Positions 19,440 through 28,790 of a DNA stretch of 44,757 nt are shown one piece after another. The stretch comes from Gemmatimonadales bacterium (GTDB lineage: Bacteria; Gemmatimonadota; Gemmatimonadetes; Gemmatimonadales; GWC2-71-9): positions 1-44,757 of the forward strand of contig JBJMOX010000144.1 of NCBI GenBank assembly GCA_045803515.1. Reading direction: 5' to 3'. Numbering within the stretch: position 1 is the first letter of the stretch; each line of letters opens with the position of its first letter. Position numbers and translations under genes: made by a program. The notes below the pieces were generated by a model. That model saw only the letters and a program-made list of their open reading frames with translations, had not been told where the DNA came from and ran no database searches.

Positions 19440-20234
19440 ATGCCGCCACAGCCATTCTCGCAGGTGGATGCGTTCACCGACCGACCCTTCAGCGGCAACC
19501 CCGCCGCCGTCTGCTTGCTTCCAGCCGTGCGGGACGCAGAATGGATGCAGCTCGTCGCCGCCGAAATGAACCTGGCCGAGACCGCCTTTTTGATCCGCGG
19601 GCCGGACGGATTCGGTCTCCGCTGGTTCACGCCCACCTGCGAGGTCGATCTCTGCGGGCACGCCACCCTGGCCAGCGCGCACGCGCTCTGGGAGGACGGC
19701 CAGCTCCCGCCCGGGACGGCGGCCCAGTTTCACACCCGGAGTGGCCTGCTCACGGCAGAGCGGCGCGATGGAACGATCTGGCTCGACTTCCCGGCCACGC
19801 CGGCCACGCCGGTTCCCGCCCCCGCCGATCTCGCCGAGGGGCTCGGTGCCCCTCCACGCTTCGTCGGCAAGTCGCCGTACGATTATCTCGTCGAGCTGGA
19901 ATCGGAGGCGAGCGTGCGTGCGCTGGCTCCCGATCTCGCCCGACTGGCGCGGCTGCCGGCGCGTGGCGTCATCGTCACCGCCGTCTCGGCTGATCCGGCA
20001 CGGCACTTCGTGTCCCGCTTCTTCGCCCCCGCCGCGGGTGTCCCCGAGGATCCGGTTACCGGCTCGGCCCATTGTGCGCTGGGACCGTTCTGGGGCGAGC
20101 GTCTTGGCCTGAGCGAGCTGGTCGGATACCAGGCCTCCTGCCGCGGGGGCACGGTTCGGGTTCGTCTGGCCGGTGACCGCGTCCTGCTCGGCGGCCAGGC
20201 GGTGACCGTGCTTCGGGGCGAGCTGCTCGCGTGA
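19440..20234 (+). CDS. PhzF-family isomerase/epimerase
   Basis: QVDAFTDRPFSGNPAAV, MNLAETAF, EVDLCGHATLA, EDPVTGSAH. Confidence 0.93.
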   Translation: MPPQPFSQVDAFTDRPFSGNPAAVCLLPAVRDAEWMQLVAAEMNLAETAFLIRGPDGFGLRWFTPTCEVDLCGHATLASAHALWEDGQLPPGTAAQFHTRSGLLTAERRDGTIWLDFPATPATPVPAPADLAEGLGAPPRFVGKSPYDYLVELESEASVRALAPDLARLARLPARGVIVTAVSADPARHFVSRFFAPAAGVPEDPVTGSAHCALGPFWGERLGLSELVGYQASCRGGTVRVRLAGDRVLLGGQAVTVLRGELLA

Positions 20235-20578
20235 CCGGCGCGGCCGGCCTGGATCCCGTCGCCGCGTTTCGAACGTTGGACCTGCGCGTGGGTCGGGTGC
20301 TGCGCGTCGAGCCCAACGAGCGCGCGCGGCAGCCCTCCTACAAGCTCTGGATCGATTTCGGGCCGCTGGGCCAGCGCACTTCGAGCGCGCAGCTCCGGGC
20401 GCTCTATCGGTCCGACGAGCTGGTCGGGCGGCTGGTCATCGCGGCGGTCAACCTGGGGACTCGCAACATCGCGGGCTTCACGTCGGACGTACTGGTGCTG
20501 GGGCTGCCCAACCAGGAAGGCGACGTCGTTCTGCTGAGCGCCGAGCGGGAGGTTCCGCTCGGCGGCCGCGTATACTAG
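20231..20578 (+). CDS. csaA: CsaA tRNA-binding/export chaperone (OB fold)
   Basis: LDLRVGRV, YKLWIDFGPLG...SSAQL, VNLG.RNIAGF.SDVLVLG. Confidence 0.88.
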   Translation: MTGAAGLDPVAAFRTLDLRVGRVLRVEPNERARQPSYKLWIDFGPLGQRTSSAQLRALYRSDELVGRLVIAAVNLGTRNIAGFTSDVLVLGLPNQEGDVVLLSAEREVPLGGRVY

Positions 20579-20594
20579 GCGGGACGGAGGGCGC

Positions 20595-20999
20595 TCAGAG
20601 GGAGTCGCCCGGCACCGGACGGAGTACCAGACCGGTGACTTCGCCGTTCTTGGCCAGACTCCACTCGATCAGCATCCGGTGGCGGGAACGGTTGAACGAG
20701 GCGGTGCGCTGATAGATCTGAAACGACGCCTCGCTGGAGACCCGCTCGTCGATGGCGCGCTTTTCCTGGCCGAGCCGGGTCACCGCCCGCCCGGCGAAGC
20801 TGGCGAGATCGCCGACGCTCCCGAAGGTCTGGCGCATCTCGGGAGAGAAGCGGTCCCACAGCTTCTGGTACTCACTGCCGTAGAGCCAGGCCGTGTAGAG
20901 TCGCCCCTGCTCGAGCAGCGTCCGGGGCTGCTGATCCCCGTGCGCGGTGCACCCCGCGGCGGCCACGACCAGCACGAGTCCAAGCTTCCACCTGCGCAT
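20595..20999 (-). CDS. Hypothetical lipoprotein
   Basis: MRRWK, hydrophobic stretch, AAGC lipobox; coding-like sequence. Confidence 0.65.
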   Translation of the reverse strand: MRRWKLGLVLVVAAAGCTAHGDQQPRTLLEQGRLYTAWLYGSEYQKLWDRFSPEMRQTFGSVGDLASFAGRAVTRLGQEKRAIDERVSSEASFQIYQRTASFNRSRHRMLIEWSLAKNGEVTGLVLRPVPGDSL

Positions 21000-21046
21000 C
21001 GCGGGTCCTCACTGCTCTGTGCCGGATCACCCCTGCTGGAGTGCCC

Positions 21047-21871
21047 ATGCGGGTCTACATCTCGGTCGATATGGAAGGTGTCGCCGGCGTCGTTCACCAG
21101 GATCAGACCGACCCCACCGATCCCCGGCATGGGGGGGAGTATAATCGTTTCCGCCGCCTGATGACGGCGGAGGCGAACGCGGCTATCGAGGGCGCCGTGG
21201 CCGCGGGCGCCGAAGCGGTGCTGGTCAACGACAGTCACTGGCTCATGCGCAACCTGCTGGCGGAGGAGCTGCATCCCGCGGCCGAGCTGCTGAGCGGTGG
21301 GCCCAAGCGCCACTCCATGGTCGAAGGCATCGAGGGCGGCTTCGACGCCGCGCTGTTCGTCGGCTATCACGCGCGCGCCGGGGCGCACCACGCCATCATC
21401 GATCACACCTACACCGACCTGGTGCACGAAGTCCGGCTGAACGGCCAGCCGGCCGGCGAGCTGGCGATCAACGCGGCGCTCGCCGGCACGTACGGGGTGC
21501 CGGTCGTCCTGGTGAGCGGCGACCAGGCGCTCGCGGCCGAAGCGCGGGAGCTCCTGGGCGACACGATCGAGACCGTGGTCGTGAAGCAAGCGGTCGGGCG
21601 CTTTGCCGCCCGGAGCCTGGCGCCGGTCGAGGCCTGCCGCCGCATCCGCGCCGGCGCCATCGCGGCACTGAGCCGGCCGCATCAGCCGTTCCGGCCGGCG
21701 TCGCCGGTTCGCCTGGAGGTGGAGTTTGCCGCCACCCAGATGGCGGACATGGCGGAGCTGGTACCGGGCACCGTGCGGTCGAGCGGGCGCACCCTCGCCT
21801 ACGCGGACGACGACTACCGCGAGGTCTTCCGCGCCTGGCGCGCGATGTACAATCTCGCCTCGGTGGAGTGA
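21047..21871 (+). CDS. dppA: D-aminopeptidase, peptidase family M55
   Basis: MRVYISVDMEG, VNDSH, FVGYHARAG, HTY, GELAINA, VSGD. Confidence 0.93.
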   Translation: MRVYISVDMEGVAGVVHQDQTDPTDPRHGGEYNRFRRLMTAEANAAIEGAVAAGAEAVLVNDSHWLMRNLLAEELHPAAELLSGGPKRHSMVEGIEGGFDAALFVGYHARAGAHHAIIDHTYTDLVHEVRLNGQPAGELAINAALAGTYGVPVVLVSGDQALAAEARELLGDTIETVVVKQAVGRFAARSLAPVEACRRIRAGAIAALSRPHQPFRPASPVRLEVEFAATQMADMAELVPGTVRSSGRTLAYADDDYREVFRAWRAMYNLASVE

Positions 21872-22009
21872 GATCCGCATCCCCAGGCTCAGCGCCACAC
21901 TCTTCCTGACCAGCACCGTCAACCGCTCTCGTCGAGGAATCGGCCTCGCCGCCGGACTGCGGCGTTCGCCTCCGCGGGTGTAATGCCGCGCGGGCCGGGG
22001 AGGTTTCCG

Positions 22010-22035
22010 GGAACCAACCGCCGCGTGCCCGCATT
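22010..22035 (+). promoter_or_regulatory. ECF-sigma promoter (glcG-cupin-lactonase unit)
   Basis: GGAAC-N17-CATT, 50 nt upstream of ATG 22086. Confidence 0.7.
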
Positions 22036-22085
22036 AGAGCGCGTGTCACCCAACCTCGATTTCCCCAGCAGAGGAGAGCTCGCCC

Positions 22086-22580
22086 ATGAGATTCCACGGA
22101 TCCTTCCTGGCCGCCCTGGCGCTGGCGGCTCTGACCGGCCGGGCCCACGCGCAGACCACCATCAGCAAAAGGACGCTCACGCTGGACGGAGCCAAGGCCA
22201 TCGCCGCCGCGGCGGCGGCGGAGGCGAAGAAGGGGAATGAAGGGGCATCGGTGGCCGTGGTGGATGACGGTGGGAATCTGATGTACCTGGAGCGGCTCCA
22301 GCCGACCTTCCCGATGGGTGCCACCATCTCCACCGAGAAGGCGCGCACGGCGGCCCTCTTCCAGAAGCCGACTAAGATCCTGGAGGATGCCATCGTGGGC
22401 GGCCGCACGCCCCTGCTGAACGTCTGGTCCGCTCCACTCAACGGCGGCGAGCCGATCGTGGTCGACGGGCAGGTCGTCGGCGCGGTGGGCGTGAGCGGTG
22501 CCTCGAGCGCCGCCCGGGACGCGGCGATCGCTGTCGCCGGCGCGGCCGCACTCGGCTCCAAGACCAGCGCGACCAGGTAG
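22086..22580 (+). CDS. Secreted GlcG/HbpS-family heme-binding protein
   Basis: Signal peptide; SVAVVDDGGNL, KARTA, GGEPIVVDGQVVGAVGVSG. Confidence 0.9.
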   Translation: MRFHGSFLAALALAALTGRAHAQTTISKRTLTLDGAKAIAAAAAAEAKKGNEGASVAVVDDGGNLMYLERLQPTFPMGATISTEKARTAALFQKPTKILEDAIVGGRTPLLNVWSAPLNGGEPIVVDGQVVGAVGVSGASSAARDAAIAVAGAAALGSKTSATR

Positions 22581-22590
22581 GGAGATCACC

Positions 22591-23064
22591 ATGCGACTCC
22601 TGAGACTCGCCGCGGTCGCCGCGTTCGTGGCGCTGCCGCTCGGCACGGCTCGCGCGCAGTCCGACGACGCGAGCGTCAGGTACTTGAGGCACGATGAGGT
22701 CATTGCGGCCTTCGCCAGAGGCAAGCCGATGATCGAAGTGGGAGACTACAAGATCCACGCGAGCCGGCGGGAGGGTCCCGGTCTGGTCGAGGTGCATACC
22801 CGGGACACCGACCTCGCCTACGTCCTGCAGGGGTCGGCGACCCTGGTGACGGGTGGTACCGCGGTCGGTCTCAAGGAGATCGCCAGAGAAGAGTTCCGCG
22901 GCAGCGCCATCCAGGGCGGTGAGACTCGCCAGCTCAACCCGGGCGACGTCGTCGTCATCCCCAACGGCACGCCCCACTGGTTCAAGGACGTGAAGGCCCC
23001 ATTCCTCTATTACGTGGTCAAGGTGCGGCAGGCCGAGCGCCGGACGACCGCAGGAGCGATGTGA
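22591..23064 (+). CDS. Secreted cupin-domain protein
   Basis: Signal peptide; EVHTRDTDLAYVLQGSATLVTGG and GDVVVIPNGTPHWF cupin motifs. Confidence 0.85.
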   Translation: MRLLRLAAVAAFVALPLGTARAQSDDASVRYLRHDEVIAAFARGKPMIEVGDYKIHASRREGPGLVEVHTRDTDLAYVLQGSATLVTGGTAVGLKEIAREEFRGSAIQGGETRQLNPGDVVVIPNGTPHWFKDVKAPFLYYVVKVRQAERRTTAGAM

Positions 23065-24683
23065 TGCGGCGCCCCCCTCCCATGCTTGTCCGGGCGATGC
23101 TCGCCCTCCTGGCCACACCGGCGCTCGGGACGGCGGTGGCGACGCTGGCGACGGCCCAGGCCACGGTGGATCTCCCCGTCGTTCTTCCGGCCGCGGTGCT
23201 GGATCTCCGCACAGCCGAAGGCGCGGCGCTGGTCCAGGCGCAATGGCGCTATAGCGATGTCAAGGTGATCGACGTAGACCGCACCAACGACATCAGCCCC
23301 CACGCGGAGGCGGTGGGCTTCGACGACTCCGCCTGGGAGCCGATCGAGCCGGCGGCCCTCGAGGTCCGCCGGTCGAAGGGGAGGCTCGCCTTCAACTGGT
23401 ACCGAACGACGATCACCCTGCCCCGGAGGCTCGGCGGCTTCGACGTCGCCGGCGCCACGGTCGTCTTCGAGCTGGTCATCGACGACTACGCCGAGATCTG
23501 GGTGGACGGGAAGCTTCCGCTGGTGCTGGGTCAGACCGGCGGCCAGCTGATCAAGGGATTCAACGCGCCCAACCGCGTGTTGCTCACCCGCGATGCCCGA
23601 CCCGGCCAACAGATCCAGCTCGCCGTCTTCGGCATCAACGGGCCAATCTCCAGCCCCCCGGTGAACTTCATCTGGGTGCGCTCGGCGACGCTCGATTTCT
23701 ACCGCCCGGGCCAGGTGGGCACGTCCGCGGCCTCGCCGGCCAAGGTGGTCCGGCTGGACGCCTCGCTCGACCGCATCGTGCCCCGCGGCGCGACCATCGA
23801 GAAGCTGGCGGGCGGATTCCAGTTCATCGAGGGACCGGTTTGGCACCCCGACGGTTACCTGCTCTTCAGCGACCCCAACGCCAACACGATCTATCGCTGG
23901 ACGCCGGATGGCGCCGTCTCGGTGTTCCGCAGCAAGAGCGGCTATACCGGTGTCGATATCGGCGAGTACCACCAGCCCGGCTCCAACGGGCTCACCTTGG
24001 ACCGGAACGGCCTGCTCACGATCAACGAGCACGGCAACAGGCGGGTGACCCGTTTGGAGCGGACTGGACAAATTTCGGTGCTCGCGGACCGCTACGAGGG
24101 CAAGCGGCTCAACAGTCCCAACGACCTGGTGTACCGCTCCGACGGCACGCTCTATTTCACCGATCCACCGTTCGGCCTGCCCAAGGGGTTCGACGATCCG
24201 ACGAAGGAGCTGCCGTTCAGCGGGGTCTACATGGTGAAGGACAGCCAGGTGACGCTGCTGACCCGGGAGCTGAGCGGACCGAACGGTATCGCCTTCTCGC
24301 CGGACGAGCGCTACCTCTACGTCGACAACTGGGACCTCGAGCACAAAGTGCTGATGCGCTACGAGGTGAACCCGGACGGGACGATCGCCAACGGGAAAGT
24401 GTTCTACGATTTCACCAGGGACCCGGAGCCGGTGGCGCTGGACGGCATCAAGGTGGACCGAGAAGGCAACGTCTATGTGTCGGCGCCCGGCGGTTTGTGG
24501 ATTCTCTCGCCGGCCGGCAAAGCCCTGGGGCGAATCGTGCCGCCGGAGCACGACGCCAACTTCACCTTCGGGGACGCGGACGGAAAGTCGCTTTACCTGA
24601 CGGCGAGCACTGGACTGTATCGGGTCCGGGTCAACCTGCCGGGGATTCGTCCCGGCGCCGTGCAGCAGGCGGCGGCGCGATGA
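23061..24683 (+). CDS. Secreted SMP-30/gluconolactonase with N-terminal jelly-roll (sugar-binding-like) domain
   Basis: WYRTTI...DDYAEIWVDG N-domain; EGPVW, GSNGL, LNSPND, PNGIAFSPDE, DGIKVD propeller motifs. Confidence 0.9.
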   Translation: MMRRPPPMLVRAMLALLATPALGTAVATLATAQATVDLPVVLPAAVLDLRTAEGAALVQAQWRYSDVKVIDVDRTNDISPHAEAVGFDDSAWEPIEPAALEVRRSKGRLAFNWYRTTITLPRRLGGFDVAGATVVFELVIDDYAEIWVDGKLPLVLGQTGGQLIKGFNAPNRVLLTRDARPGQQIQLAVFGINGPISSPPVNFIWVRSATLDFYRPGQVGTSAASPAKVVRLDASLDRIVPRGATIEKLAGGFQFIEGPVWHPDGYLLFSDPNANTIYRWTPDGAVSVFRSKSGYTGVDIGEYHQPGSNGLTLDRNGLLTINEHGNRRVTRLERTGQISVLADRYEGKRLNSPNDLVYRSDGTLYFTDPPFGLPKGFDDPTKELPFSGVYMVKDSQVTLLTRELSGPNGIAFSPDERYLYVDNWDLEHKVLMRYEVNPDGTIANGKVFYDFTRDPEPVALDGIKVDREGNVYVSAPGGLWILSPAGKALGRIVPPEHDANFTFGDADGKSLYLTASTGLYRVRVNLPGIRPGAVQQAAAR

Positions 24684-24700
24684 GGTACGGTCGTCCCGAG

Positions 24701-25657
24701 CTAGGCCGGAATTGGAATCTGATCCTTGTGCCGCGCCAGCCACTGCTCGAATGACTGCAGCTCCGGATTCAGGCTCCGGGTGAATTCGAGGTCGCGCACG
24801 CCGCGGAAGTAGTCGTTGAAGTCGCGCTTGAACTGGAACATGTTGCCCATGTCGTCGGCGCCGGGGAAGCCGAAGCTTCGGTACACCTCGGGGGGCACGT
24901 TGGTGTAGCCGATGTCCGTGCCCAACGCGCGACTTAGCGCTGCGGCCATCTCGGCCCCGGAGAGGTGCTCGCCGGCGATCGCCACCGTCTTCCCGATGAA
25001 CTCCTTGCCCTTCTTGAAAATGGCATAGGCCGCCTTGCCGATGTCCTCTGCGGCGATGCCTGGGAGCTTCTTGTCATCGAGCGGGTAGACCAGGGCGAGC
25101 CGGCCGTCCGGCCCGCGCTGCGGCCCCGCGCCGAAATAGATCAGGTTGTCCCAATAGAACGAGGTGAGCAGAAAGGTCGTCGGCACCCTCTCCCGGCGGA
25201 ACAGCTCGTCGGCCTCTCCCTTCGCGTCGAAGTGCGGGACTTTGTACTTGCCCTGGAGCGTGGGTAAGCGGTCGTCGCTCAACGGCACCCATTTCCTGGT
25301 GTCCTCCAGGGTGGACCAGATCACGTGCTGCAGGCCCGCGGCCTTGGCCGCCCGCGCGATGTTCCCCGCCTGGGCGAACTCCTTTTCCGGGGAGAAGTGC
25401 TCCCAGAAGTTGGTGACGCCGAACGCGCCATATGCCTCGGCGAATGCCCGCTCGAGGCTCTGCTGGTCGTCGAGGTCCGCCGGCACAACCTCGGCTCCGG
25501 CGGCGGAGAGCGCCTTGCCCTTGTCGGAGTCCGGATGCCGCGTCAGTGCCCGGGCCCGGAACGGTCCGTTTCGGTCAGCCAGGATGGCCCGCACCAGGCC
25601 GCCGCCTTGCGCGCCGGTGGCGCCCACGACCGCGATCACTTTCTTCTGCTCTGCCAT
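24701..25657 (-). CDS. NmrA/HSCARG-family NAD(P)-binding protein
   Basis: VVGATGAQGG, TNFWE, VPHFDAKG. Confidence 0.93.
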   Translation of the reverse strand: MAEQKKVIAVVGATGAQGGGLVRAILADRNGPFRARALTRHPDSDKGKALSAAGAEVVPADLDDQQSLERAFAEAYGAFGVTNFWEHFSPEKEFAQAGNIARAAKAAGLQHVIWSTLEDTRKWVPLSDDRLPTLQGKYKVPHFDAKGEADELFRRERVPTTFLLTSFYWDNLIYFGAGPQRGPDGRLALVYPLDDKKLPGIAAEDIGKAAYAIFKKGKEFIGKTVAIAGEHLSGAEMAAALSRALGTDIGYTNVPPEVYRSFGFPGADDMGNMFQFKRDFNDYFRGVRDLEFTRSLNPELQSFEQWLARHKDQIPIPA

Positions 25658-25689
25658 GACGAATCTCCTGCCAAGGGAAAAAACAGCGC

Positions 25690-26142
25690 CTATGGTACCA
25701 GCGCATCGCACAGTCGGGCGAGCTGTCGGAGCTTGGGCTCGGTCAGCGCGGCGGTGATGGCCTTCTGCACCACCAGCACCTCGGGATCGATCCGGTCCAG
25801 CAGCGCGAGCCCCGCCTTGGTGATGGTGGCGACCGATTCCCGGCGATCATCCGCGTTCCGGAGCCGGGCGACCAGTCCCCGCCGCGCCAGCCGGTCGAGC
25901 ATGCGGGTGACGTCCGGGGCCCGATGGATCATCCGCCGAGCCACCTCGTTCCGCGGATGGCCACCCGGATACACGCCCCGAAGGATGCGGAGCACATTGT
26001 ACTGGTCGGCCGTGATGCCGTGACGCTCCCAGACCGGGGCGACGGCCTGATCGACATGATCGGCCGCGACCATCAGGCTCACCACCGCTTCGTCGGCGAT
26101 GCTGTGGAAGCGTCGCTGCTGGAGCCGCTCGCGGATCGACAT
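25690..26142 (-). CDS. MarR-family transcriptional regulator
   Basis: QYNVLRILRG, PDVTRMLDRL, DRRESVATITKAG. Confidence 0.92.
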   Translation of the reverse strand: MSIRERLQQRRFHSIADEAVVSLMVAADHVDQAVAPVWERHGITADQYNVLRILRGVYPGGHPRNEVARRMIHRAPDVTRMLDRLARRGLVARLRNADDRRESVATITKAGLALLDRIDPEVLVVQKAITAALTEPKLRQLARLCDALVP

Positions 26143-26149
26143 GGCGCCG

Positions 26150-26177
26150 AATATGTGTTGCGAACACGGATTGTCAA
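26150..26177 (-). promoter_or_regulatory. Sigma70 promoter of marR-nmrA with operator-like palindrome; probably leaderless
   Basis: TTGACA-N16-CATATT ending 7 nt before the ATG; palindrome GTGTT-N3-AACAC (26155-26167) across the spacer. Confidence 0.7.
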
Positions 26178-26342
26178 GAGTCGGCCCCCAGCCCGGGCAG
26201 TAGCGCGCGTGCCATTGAGCTCCGGAGCAGGTTCGAGCAGATTGCCAACTGCAATGCTTAAGTGACTATCCTACAGTTGGTTGCGATACGGCATCTCATG
26301 TCATATCTCAGCACATTTCGCGGCGTGCGCTCCGCCCTGAGC

Positions 26343-27875
26343 TCAGTGGCCTGCCGTGCGCTCCATACTCAGCTCCGTCTCGAGACTCTCCCGGTCCCGG
26401 AAGATCGTGGCGAGCGCCAGCACCCGTCCGCCATGTACGAAGCGGACGGCGCAGTCCCGTCCCTCGATGTCGCCATCGACCTCAACCGTGTCCCACCGCT
26501 CCGCGTGGCCGACATAGTTGATGCTCACGTCGTAGTGCTGGCTCCAGAAGAAAGGGACCGCGTCGAACCGCTCGCGGAGACCGAGGATGTTGCGGGCGGC
26601 CGTCCGGCCCTGTCGCTGTGCCACCACCCAGTGCTCCACCCGGATCCGGTCGCCGGTCTGCGGGTCGGGCCACCGCGCGATGTCCCCGGCGGCGAAGACG
26701 CCGGGTGCGCTGGTCTCGAGGAACTCGTTCACCGCCACACCGCGATCGAGCGTGAGCCCCGCCGCCTCGGCCAGCTCGACGTTGGGCTTGACGCCGATCC
26801 CGGCAACCACGAAATCGGCGGCGAGTCGTTCACCGTTCTCCAGGACGACGCCGCCCTCGGAGATCTCCCGCGCCTTGTGGCCGAGGTGGAATCGGACGCC
26901 GTGCTCCTCGTGGAGCCTGCGGACGAAGTCGCCGAGCTGGGGACCGATCACGCGCTCCAGCGGCCGGGACTCCGGCGCCACGACCTGGACCTCCAACTCC
27001 CGGCTCCGAAGCGAGGCCGCGACCTCGAGTCCGATGAAGCTGGCTCCGAAGACGATCGCGCGTCGCCCTGGCTTGGCGGCGCCGATGATGGTACGGCTGT
27101 CCGCGAGGCTTCGCAGATAGTAGACCGGCAACCCTCCCCGATCCACGCCCGCAGGGAGCCCGATCGGCGTGGCCCCGGTGGCGAGCAGCAGGGCGCCGTA
27201 AGGGAGCGTGCGCCCGTCGTCGAGCAGGACCTGCCGAGCTCCCGGCCGGAGCTCGTTCACCCGCTGCCCACGCAGGCGCTCGACCCGGCAGTCCCGGTCG
27301 AACTCGGGCGCTCGCAGGGGCATCCATTCTTCCTGGGCGTTGCCCGCGAGGTAGTCCTTGGAGCAGTTCGGTCGGTCGTAGGGTGCGTCGGGGTCGGAGT
27401 CGACCACGGTAATCGTCCCCTCGTAGCCCTCCGCTCGGAGCGCCGCGACGGCGCTGTCCCCCGCTGCCCCACCGCCCACGATCACGACGCCGTCCACATC
27501 GCGACCCGACCGCGCGGCACGCGGCACCGGGGCCACTGCTCTGCCGGTGACGTAGACTCGCCCGCCCCGCTCCTCCGCCGTCCATCGGCTCAGGGGATGC
27601 AGCGCCGGCGGGCGAACCGGATGACCGGTGCGCAAGCTGAAGCAGGCGTGGTGCCAGGGGCAGCGCACGGTATCGCCCACCATCAAGCCCTCGGCCAGCG
27701 GGCCACCATAATGGGTGCAGGTCGCCCCGAGGGCGAACCACTCCGAGCCGCGCCGGGCGAGCAGCACCGCCTCCCCATCGACGTGACCCGCGAGCATACC
27801 GCCATCCAGCACCTCACTGGTCGGAATCCCCTGTTTCAGGTCCGGGCCGGCCGGAGCCTGCTGATCTGCGGACAT
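26343..27875 (-). CDS. Rieske [2Fe-2S]-FAD/NAD oxidoreductase fusion (AIFM3-like)
   Basis: CTHYG...CPWHH Rieske motif; GGGAAG, YDRP, ATG, GASFIGLE, AAGD, RVEHW, VPFFWS. Confidence 0.92.
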   Translation of the reverse strand: MSADQQAPAGPDLKQGIPTSEVLDGGMLAGHVDGEAVLLARRGSEWFALGATCTHYGGPLAEGLMVGDTVRCPWHHACFSLRTGHPVRPPALHPLSRWTAEERGGRVYVTGRAVAPVPRAARSGRDVDGVVIVGGGAAGDSAVAALRAEGYEGTITVVDSDPDAPYDRPNCSKDYLAGNAQEEWMPLRAPEFDRDCRVERLRGQRVNELRPGARQVLLDDGRTLPYGALLLATGATPIGLPAGVDRGGLPVYYLRSLADSRTIIGAAKPGRRAIVFGASFIGLEVAASLRSRELEVQVVAPESRPLERVIGPQLGDFVRRLHEEHGVRFHLGHKAREISEGGVVLENGERLAADFVVAGIGVKPNVELAEAAGLTLDRGVAVNEFLETSAPGVFAAGDIARWPDPQTGDRIRVEHWVVAQRQGRTAARNILGLRERFDAVPFFWSQHYDVSINYVGHAERWDTVEVDGDIEGRDCAVRFVHGGRVLALATIFRDRESLETELSMERTAGH

Positions 27876-27950
27876 GTCTTGGCTCCTCCCTGTCGCGGGA
27901 TTCAATGGTTCAGGAAGTGTAACGTCGCAGTGGGGATCGTGGCTCGGCCG

Positions 27951-27976
27951 GGAACCTGGGGACCCGATTCGGCATT
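27951..27976 (+). promoter_or_regulatory. ECF-sigma promoter (FMN reductase to ECF-ZAS operon)
   Basis: GGAAC-N17-CATT, 43 nt upstream of ATG 28020. Confidence 0.7.
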
Positions 27977-28019
27977 ACACCCCCGAGACTTCACCCATCC
28001 AACCAGTCCAGAGGGCTCC

Positions 28020-28586
28020 ATGGCAGACCCCCGTCCGCTCGGCATCCCGGTGATTCTCGGCACAGCCCGAAAGGGCAGGATGAGTGCCCACGCGGCGCGG
28101 TTCGTCCTCGGGGAGCTGCAGAAGCGGGACGGGGTGGTGACCGAGCTGATCGACGTGGCCGAGCTCTCGCACCGGCTCGACGACAATGGGCAGGACACCG
28201 CCGATCCGGCGTTCTCGGCCTGCATGAACCGGGCGGATGCCATCGTGCTGGTCGCCCCGGAATACAACCATGCGATGCCCGGCCTGCTGAAGCATGTGCT
28301 CGACAGCTGCCTCAAGGAGTACATCCACAAGGCGGCGGGCATCGTGGCGGTCTCGGCCGGGCCGTTCGGCGGCACCCGGGTGATCGAGACCTCGCTGCCG
28401 GTGCTCCGCGAGCTGGGCCTGGTGACCATCTTCTGGGACGTGAACGTCGGCAGTGTCTCCAAGGTCTTCGACGAGAGCGGCACGCTGCTCGATCCGGCGT
28501 TCGTCCGGCGCACGGAGAAGTTCCTGGGCGAGCTGATCTGGATGGCCAGGACTCTGCGCTACGGCCGCGAGTCGATTGCCCTGTAG
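28020..28586 (+). CDS. NADPH-dependent FMN reductase
   Basis: ILGTARKGRMS, APEYNHAMPGLLK, SAGPFGG. Confidence 0.92.
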   Translation: MADPRPLGIPVILGTARKGRMSAHAARFVLGELQKRDGVVTELIDVAELSHRLDDNGQDTADPAFSACMNRADAIVLVAPEYNHAMPGLLKHVLDSCLKEYIHKAAGIVAVSAGPFGGTRVIETSLPVLRELGLVTIFWDVNVGSVSKVFDESGTLLDPAFVRRTEKFLGELIWMARTLRYGRESIAL

Positions 28587-28601
28587 CTCACCCCAGCGGA
28601 G

Positions 28602-28790
28602 ATGCGCCACATGTCCCAACGTCCGATGATCTGTCCCAAGTGCGGCGCCACCATGAACCAGCACGGCGAGAAGCTGGTGTACACCGGGGAGACGCGTGGG
28701 CCGGGCGTGGATCCGGTACTGGGTGGCGTCATGGAGGAGATGCACGCCTGCCCCCGGTGCGGGTACGTGGACTCCCGGCGGGCCGGCTGA
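28602..28790 (+). CDS. Small zinc-ribbon protein (CxxC...CxxC)
   Basis: CPKCG...NQHGEK...HACPRCG; in operon, stop overlaps the next ATG; start may be 28611. Confidence 0.65.
   Translation: MRHMSQRPMICPKCGATMNQHGEKLVYTGETRGPGVDPVLGGVMEEMHACPRCGYVDSRRAG

Noticed and set aside
19440-20234. Phenazine biosynthesis cluster
   Set aside because: A lone PhzF-family gene with no other phz genes
21047-21871. dppA as a displaced part of the dpp ABC operon, implying the Che block is an insertion
   Set aside because: No integrase, att repeats or tRNA at the borders; cannot be supported without comparative genomes
20780-21922. 380-aa minus-strand ORF downstream of the leftward ECF promoter
   Set aside because: Almost entirely antisense to dppA, TTG start, no domain features
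27921-27946. Divergent ECF promoter for the Rieske reductase (CGAGC-N17-CGTT)
   Set aside because: The -35 differs at two of five positions; not counted in the regulon
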